13,133 nt of DNA from the UHGV virus genome UHGV-1722641; one strand, 5' to 3'. Origin of the DNA: a virus. A program made the position numbers and the translations under genes. A model generated the notes under the pieces. It was not told where the DNA came from, did no database searches, and was given only the letters and a program-made list of their open reading frames with translations. Of the stretch, positions 8,356 through 13,133 are shown piece by piece (position 1 is the first letter of the stretch; every line of letters begins with the position of its first letter).

Positions 8356-9264
8356 ATGCCGATTATCGACCTGAACCAGCTACCCGCACCGGATGTGGTC
8401 GAGGAGCTGGACTTTGAAACCATTCTCGCCGAACGCAAGGCGACACTGATTTCCCTTTACCCGGAAGACCAGCAGGAGGCGGTCGCCCGTACCCTGACGC
8501 TGGAATCTGAGCCTCTCGTCAAACTGCTGGAGGAAAATGCTTATCGTGAGCTTATCTGGCGTCAGCGTGTGAATGAGGCCGCACGGGCGGTGATGCTGGC
8601 CTGTGCCGCCGGTAATGACCTTGATGTGATTGGTGCCAATTACAACACCACGCGCCTGATTATCACCCCGGCAGATGATTCGACTATCCCGCCGACACCG
8701 GCAGTGATGGAGTCTGACACCGATTATCGTCTGCGTATTCAGCAGGCGTTTGAGGGCTTAAGCGTCGCCGGGTCGGTGGGAGCCTATCAGTATCATGGTC
8801 GCAGTGCCGACGGGCGTGTCGCGGATATCTCTGTCACCAGTCCGTCTCCGGCCTGCGTCACCATCTCTGTGCTGTCACGTGAAAATAACGGTGTCGCATC
8901 CGAAGACCTGCTGGCGGTGGTGCGTAACGCCCTTAATGGCGAGGACGTCAGGCCGGTGGCCGACCGCGTGACCGTGCAGTCTGCCGCCATCGTTGAATAC
9001 CAGATAAACGCCACGCTTTACCTTTACCCTGGTCCCGAAAGCGAACCCATCCGCGCTGCCGCCGTGAAAAAACTGGAAGCGTATATCACGGCACAGCACC
9101 GGCTGGGGCGCGACATCCGTCTGTCTGCCATTTATGCCGCTTTGCATGTGGAAGGCGTGCAGCGTGTCGAACTGGCTGCACCACTGGCCGACATCGTGCT
9201 CAACAGTACGCAGGCGTCTTTCTGTACCGAATACCGCGTCGTGACCGGAGGCTCGGATGAGTGA
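8356..9264 (+). CDS. J: Baseplate protein gpJ
   Basis: 302-aa ORF MPIIDLNQLPAPDVVEELDFETILAERKATLISLYPEDQQ..., matching recalled P2 gpJ. Confidence 0.9.
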   Translation: MPIIDLNQLPAPDVVEELDFETILAERKATLISLYPEDQQEAVARTLTLESEPLVKLLEENAYRELIWRQRVNEAARAVMLACAAGNDLDVIGANYNTTRLIITPADDSTIPPTPAVMESDTDYRLRIQQAFEGLSVAGSVGAYQYHGRSADGRVADISVTSPSPACVTISVLSRENNGVASEDLLAVVRNALNGEDVRPVADRVTVQSAAIVEYQINATLYLYPGPESEPIRAAAVKKLEAYITAQHRLGRDIRLSAIYAALHVEGVQRVELAAPLADIVLNSTQASFCTEYRVVTGGSDE

Positions 9265-9787
9265 TTCGCGCCTGCTGCCGACCGGCTCATCACTGCTTGA
9301 AGTCGCTGCCGCAAAAGCCTGTGCGGAAATTGAAAAAACGCCGGTCAGTATTCGTGAGCTGTGGAACCCGGACACCTGCCCGGCAAATCTGCTGCCGTGG
9401 CTGGCGTGGGCGTTTTCGGTCGACAGGTGGGATGAAAAGTGGCCGGAAGCGACAAAACGCGCCGTTATCCGCGATGCCTATTTCATCCACTGTCATAAAG
9501 GCACTATAGGCGCAATCCGGCGTGTGGTGGAGCCGCTCGGCTATCTCATCAACGTGACGGAGTGGTGGGAAAACAGTGACCCGCCCGGCACCTTCCGGCT
9601 TGATATTGGTGTACTGGAAAGCGGTATCACAGAGGCAATGTATCAGGAAATGGAACGGCTGATTGCTGATGCCAAACCTGCAAGCCGCCACCTTATTGGC
9701 CTGAACATTACCCGGGACATTCCCGGCTACCTGTTCGCCGGTGGTGTGGCTTACGACGGCGATGTAATTACGGTTTACCCCGGATAA
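9257..9787 (+). CDS. I: Baseplate protein gpI
   Basis: 176-aa ORF MSDSRLLPTGSSLLEVAAAKACAEIEKTPVSIRELWNPD...; GGAGG upstream; overlaps the J 3' end by 8 nt. Confidence 0.9.
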   Translation: MSDSRLLPTGSSLLEVAAAKACAEIEKTPVSIRELWNPDTCPANLLPWLAWAFSVDRWDEKWPEATKRAVIRDAYFIHCHKGTIGAIRRVVEPLGYLINVTEWWENSDPPGTFRLDIGVLESGITEAMYQEMERLIADAKPASRHLIGLNITRDIPGYLFAGGVAYDGDVITVYPG

Positions 9788-9797
9788 GTGAGGAATA

Positions 9798-11795
9798 ATG
9801 AGCACAAAATTCAGAACCGTTATCACCACTGCCGGTGCAGCAAAGCTGGCAGCGGCAACCGCGCCGGGAGGGCGGAAGGTCAACATTACCACGATGGCCG
9901 TCGGGGATGGCGGTGGTAAATTGCCTGTCCCGGATGCCGGACAGACCGGGCTTATCCATGAAGTCTGGCGACATGCGCTGAACAAAATCAGCCAGGACAA
10001 ACGAAACAGTAATTATATTATCGCAGAGCTGGTTATTCCGCCGGAGGTGGGCGGTTTCTGGATGCGTGAGCTTGGCCTGTACGATGATGCGGGAACATTA
10101 ATTGCCGTGGCGAACATGGCCGAAAGTTATAAGCCAGCTCTTGCCGAAGGCTCAGGGCGTTCGCAGACCTGTCGCATGGTCATCATCGTCAGCAGTGTGG
10201 CCTCAGTGGCGCTGACCATTGACACCACAACGGTGATGGCGACGCAGGATTACGTTGATGACAAAATTGCAGAGCATGAACAGTCACGACGTCACCCGGA
10301 CGCCTCGCTGACCGCAAAAGGTTTTACTCAGTTAAGCAATGCGACCAACAGCACGTCTGAAACACTGGCCGCAACGCCGAAAGCGGTTAAGGCCGCATAT
10401 GACCTTGCTAACGGGAAATATACTGCGCAGGATGCCACCACAGCGCGAAAAGGTCTTGTCCAGCTCAGTAGTGCCACCAACAGCACGTCTGAAACGCTCG
10501 CCGCAACACCAAAAGCGGTAAAGGCAGCATATGACCTTGCTAACGGGAAATACACTGCACAGGACGCCACCACAGCGCGAAAAGGTCTTGTCCAGCTCAG
10601 TAGCGCCACCAACAGCGATTCTGAAACGCTTGCGGCAACGCCAAAGGCGGTTAAGACAGCGTATGACCTTGCTAACGGAAAATACACTGCACAGGACGCC
10701 ACCACGGCGCGGAAAGGTCTTGTTCAGCTCAATAGTGCCATCAACAGCGATTCTGAAACGCTGGCTGCAACACCAAAAGCGGTGAAGTCTGCCTATGACA
10801 ATGCTGAAAAACGTCTTCAGAAAGATCAAAATGGCGCGGATATTCCTGATAAAAGATTATTCCTGCGCAATATTGGAGCAACAAATTCAACAACCATGTC
10901 TTTTAGTGGTGGTACAGGATGGTTCAGGCTGGCAACTGTAACCATGCCACAGGCCAGTTCCGTGGTTTACATAAGTCTGATTGGTGGTGCTGGATATAAT
11001 GTTAACTCCCCTATGCAGGCTGGTATATCTGAACTTGTTCTTCGTGCGGGAAATGGAAATCCAAAAGGTCTTACTGGTGCGTTATGGCGACGGACATCGG
11101 TTGGATTTACTAATTTTGCATGGGTGAATACATCCGGTGATACCTATGATGTTTATGTTGAAATAGGTAATTACGCCACAGGTGTTAATATTCAGTGGGA
11201 TTATACCAGTAACGCCAGCGTAACGATTCATACATCACCAACTTATACAGCGAATAAACCAACAGGTCTTACAGATGGAACTGTATATGTAATTTACAGT
11301 TCGCACATTAAACCGACTGCTGCTGATGTTGGGGCGTTGTCATTATCTGGAGGTCAATTGAATGGTGCACTGGGCATCGGAACATCCAGTGTTCTTGGTG
11401 GTAACTCAATTGTTTTGGGTGATAATGACACGGGCTTTAAACAAAATGGTGACGGTAATCTGGATGTTTATGCTAATAACGTTCATGTTATGCGCTTTGT
11501 CTCCGGTAGCATTCAAAGTAATAAAACCATAAATATTACGGGTCGTGTTAATCCCACAGATTACGGTAACTTTGATTCCCGCTATGTCCGGGATATCCGG
11601 CTTGGTGGTGCTGCCACATACAAACCTGCGAACAATGGCATGACATGGACACATCAGGCACCGTCCGGGTGTGTATATTCCGGCATTATTATTCAGGATA
11701 CCGGCTCAAACTCTGCCGATAACATTGGTGGCGTATATTACAGACCGGTGCAGAAATACATTAACGGGACATGGTATAACGTGGCGCAGGTATAA
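9798..11795 (+). CDS. H: Tail fiber protein gpH, mosaic: P2-like N-terminus, expanded internal repeats, divergent low-GC C-terminal receptor-binding region
   Basis: 665-aa ORF with GTGAGGA upstream. N-terminus MSTKFRTVITTAGAAKLAAATAPG... resembles P2 gpH; the middle holds about 3.7 tandem 44-aa repeats (KGLVQLSSATNSTSETLAATPKAVKAAYDLANGKYTAQDATTAR). The C-terminal half is low GC but keeps the conserved patch VLGDNDTGFKQNGDGNLDVYAN and the C-terminal QKYINGTWYNVAQV. Confidence 0.88.
   Translation: MSTKFRTVITTAGAAKLAAATAPGGRKVNITTMAVGDGGGKLPVPDAGQTGLIHEVWRHALNKISQDKRNSNYIIAELVIPPEVGGFWMRELGLYDDAGTLIAVANMAESYKPALAEGSGRSQTCRMVIIVSSVASVALTIDTTTVMATQDYVDDKIAEHEQSRRHPDASLTAKGFTQLSNATNSTSETLAATPKAVKAAYDLANGKYTAQDATTARKGLVQLSSATNSTSETLAATPKAVKAAYDLANGKYTAQDATTARKGLVQLSSATNSDSETLAATPKAVKTAYDLANGKYTAQDATTARKGLVQLNSAINSDSETLAATPKAVKSAYDNAEKRLQKDQNGADIPDKRLFLRNIGATNSTTMSFSGGTGWFRLATVTMPQASSVVYISLIGGAGYNVNSPMQAGISELVLRAGNGNPKGLTGALWRRTSVGFTNFAWVNTSGDTYDVYVEIGNYATGVNIQWDYTSNASVTIHTSPTYTANKPTGLTDGTVYVIYSSHIKPTAADVGALSLSGGQLNGALGIGTSSVLGGNSIVLGDNDTGFKQNGDGNLDVYANNVHVMRFVSGSIQSNKTINITGRVNPTDYGNFDSRYVRDIRLGGAATYKPANNGMTWTHQAPSGCVYSGIIIQDTGSNSADNIGGVYYRPVQKYINGTWYNVAQV
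10317..10803 (+). repeat. Tandem 132-bp direct repeats (about 3.7 copies) inside gpH, encoding a 44-aa fiber repeat
   Basis: Unit boundaries read directly at 10317, 10449, 10581 and 10713, in frame with H. Units differ at scattered positions, mostly third-codon, but are clearly the same sequence. The minus-strand track ORFs 10328..10705 and 10332..10829 are mirror artefacts of this repeat. Confidence 0.9.
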
Positions 11796-11798
11796 TTT

Positions 11799-12326
11799 AT
11801 GCAGCATTTGATAAATATAACGGCGGGTAATCCAAAAACGGTTGAACAATATCAATTGACAAAGGACTTTGATGTTGTCTGGTTTTTTTCAGAAGATGGT
11901 AAGAACTGGTACGAAGAACAAAAGTATTTTGCTGATGACACGATAAAAATAGCGTACGACAAAGATAATATTATCCGCTATGTGGAAAAGGATGTGACAG
12001 CTATCAGACCGGATGGATTAAGTGTTGTTGAAGTGGCGGATATTACTGCTAACCGACGGGCGGACATTTCAGGGGGCTGGATGTTTAAGGACGGCAAAGT
12101 GATTAAACGCATTTATACGGCAGAGGAATTGCAGCAGCAGGCAGAAATTCGGAAAGCCAGACTTCTTGCAGATGCTGAATCCGTGATTTTGCCGCTGGAG
12201 CGCGCGGTCAGACTGAACATGGCAACAGATGAGGAGCGTAGCCGACTGGAAGCATGGGAACGCTACAGCGTTCTGGTCAGTCGTGTGGATCCTGCAAATC
12301 CTGAATGGCCGGAAATGCCGCAATAA
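11799..12326 (+). CDS. G: Tail fiber assembly chaperone gpG
   Basis: 175-aa ORF starting 3 nt after the H stop. The C-terminal part (...[37 protein letters not shown]...EWPEMPQ) is the conserved fiber-assembly domain; the N-terminal half is low GC like the 3' half of H. Confidence 0.85.
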   Translation: MQHLINITAGNPKTVEQYQLTKDFDVVWFFSEDGKNWYEEQKYFADDTIKIAYDKDNIIRYVEKDVTAIRPDGLSVVEVADITANRRADISGGWMFKDGKVIKRIYTAEELQQQAEIRKARLLADAESVILPLERAVRLNMATDEERSRLEAWERYSVLVSRVDPANPEWPEMPQ

Positions 12327-12595
12327 GTTGTATGAACTCTGGTGTGAGCTTACATATCTATGGCACAGAGTAAAGCCTAATCTGACAGTCCGCTCTGTGC
12401 CAGAAGCGGACGTTGCGGGACGTCAGATATCTAAAAAAACTAATGGTCCGCTTGGATAGATACTTACACAGGATGCAATAAAGAGTTTCTATTTCTTTGT
12501 GGTAGCAAACTTTGATTTCTGAAGGATAATACCTCCAATAAGTTGAAATCACATATATCGCTAAAGACTCTATACAACAACCAAGAGAGACCGCA
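12327..12595 (+). promoter_or_regulatory. AT-rich non-coding spacer upstream of the cargo ORF; likely carries its own promoter
   Basis: 269 bp with no convincing ORF, a strong composition drop relative to the phage core, a -10-like GATAAT at 12525..12530 and TTGAAA at 12543..12548. I could not pair a convincing -35/-10 by eye. Confidence 0.3.
12361..12402 (+). other. 10-bp perfect inverted repeat (stem-loop) just downstream of the G stop, at the core/cargo boundary
   Basis: tggcacagag (12361..12370) and ctctgtgcca (12393..12402) with a 22-nt loop; followed by a GGACGT direct repeat (12408..12413 and 12418..12423), the palindrome AGATATCT (12425..12432) and an A7 run. No U-tract, so not a classical intrinsic terminator. 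Confidence 0.3.
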
Positions 12596-13133
12596 ATGGA
12601 TAGTGTCAGTAGTGTTGAGCGTTTAAGAACAAAAGCTTTTTATCAGTTGCTTGTGGATAGGCTTGGAACTGAGGCCTGGGCTGCTCGCAAAGCTGCATAT
12701 TTCAAGCGCATAAGAGAGAAGGAGGCTAAGTTTAACATCAATCTGCCGATAGAGCCCCAGCTCTTCATACCAGCAGAAGATGACATCGACTGGTACATTC
12801 TGGCGTCGTATCTGTCTCATGATTTTCCATATAGTGATGCTACTTACAGCAGCAGACGTATCTACCCCTATGCTATGGCCATCGGAGCTGTTGCAGACCA
12901 GCTTCGCAAAGTCCCATACGTCGATGATGTTCTGGACAAAATGCTAGCAAATAACAATAAACCAGAAACTCAAATTTTTGAGCTGCTGACGGCATCGTTC
13001 TACCTAAAGAACGGCTATGAGGTTGCCTTCATCCCAGAAAGCAGCATTGTTTGGCCCGATGGAAAGACCAAAAAATCACCGGATATGCTTGTCAAGTTAG
13101 GTGATCTGGAGTTCTACGTTGAGTGCAAAAGGT
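12596..13133 (+). CDS. Hypothetical cargo protein, 5'-partial view (179 codons, open to window end); possible PD-(D/E)xK-like nuclease motif; candidate accessory/defence gene
   Basis: ATG at 12596 preceded by a purine-rich stretch (AGAGAGA) 6 nt upstream; no stop before 13133. The line 12601..12660 counts 22/60 GC against 41/60 for the first 60 bases of the window. Translation MDSVSSVERLRTKAFYQLLVDRLG...ETQIFELLTASFYLKNGYEVAFIPESSIVWPDGKTKKSPDMLVKLGDLEFYVECKR has an acidic helix, PD, then E-C-K 14 residues later. No resemblance to any P2 structural protein I know. Confidence 0.6.
   Translation, partial: MDSVSSVERLRTKAFYQLLVDRLGTEAWAARKAAYFKRIREKEAKFNINLPIEPQLFIPAEDDIDWYILASYLSHDFPYSDATYSSRRIYPYAMAIGAVADQLRKVPYVDDVLDKMLANNNKPETQIFELLTASFYLKNGYEVAFIPESSIVWPDGKTKKSPDMLVKLGDLEFYVECKR

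Noticed and set aside
9290-10000. 236-aa minus-strand ORF
   Set aside because: Antisense to gpI and the 5' end of gpH, both confidently identified; Cys/Pro/Arg-rich composition typical of spurious frames.
10328-10829. Minus-strand ORFs of 125 and 165 aa with internally repeated peptide sequence
   Set aside because: They lie on the reverse strand of the tandem repeats in tail fiber gene H; the repeat creates long stop-free antisense frames. No independent start context, and H clearly occupies the locus.
12229-12459. 76-aa plus-strand ORF overlapping the 3' end of G and the spacer
   Set aside because: An alternative frame of conserved G coding sequence that runs into the AT-rich spacer; no start context. 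More likely non-coding.
1-13133. CRISPR arrays, tRNA or rRNA genes, integrase or attachment site, cos site
   Set aside because: I saw no short direct repeats with unique spacers and no cloverleaf or rRNA-like segments. In P2 the cos site lies next to Q and the integrase/att region at the far end of the genome, so both are expected outside this window.

Overview
This window is the late (morphogenesis and lysis) region of a P2-like (Peduovirus) prophage, followed by the start of a low-GC cargo island. Gene order and protein sequences match the canonical P2 layout: terminase large subunit P (minus strand, running off the 5' edge), then on the plus strand O (scaffold), N (major capsid), M (terminase small subunit), L, X, Y (holin), K (endolysin), lysA, lysB, lysC (embedded spanin), R, S, V, W, J, I, H (tail fiber) and G (fiber chaperone). 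Genes are tightly packed with many overlapping stop/start codons. Tail fiber gene H carries about 3.7 tandem copies of a 132-bp repeat, and its 3' half plus the 5' half of G are markedly lower in GC, consistent with a swapped receptor-binding module. The most interesting part is downstream of G (12327 to the window end). Composition drops sharply there and a new plus-strand ORF begins at 12596 and runs off the window edge. Its product is unrelated to P2 structural proteins and shows a possible PD-(D/E)xK nuclease-like motif. This is the G / FI junction (the Z/fun locus), a known accessory hotspot in P2-like phages, so the ORF is a candidate anti-phage defence gene. All calls rest on reading the sequence and recalling P2 proteins; no database search was run.
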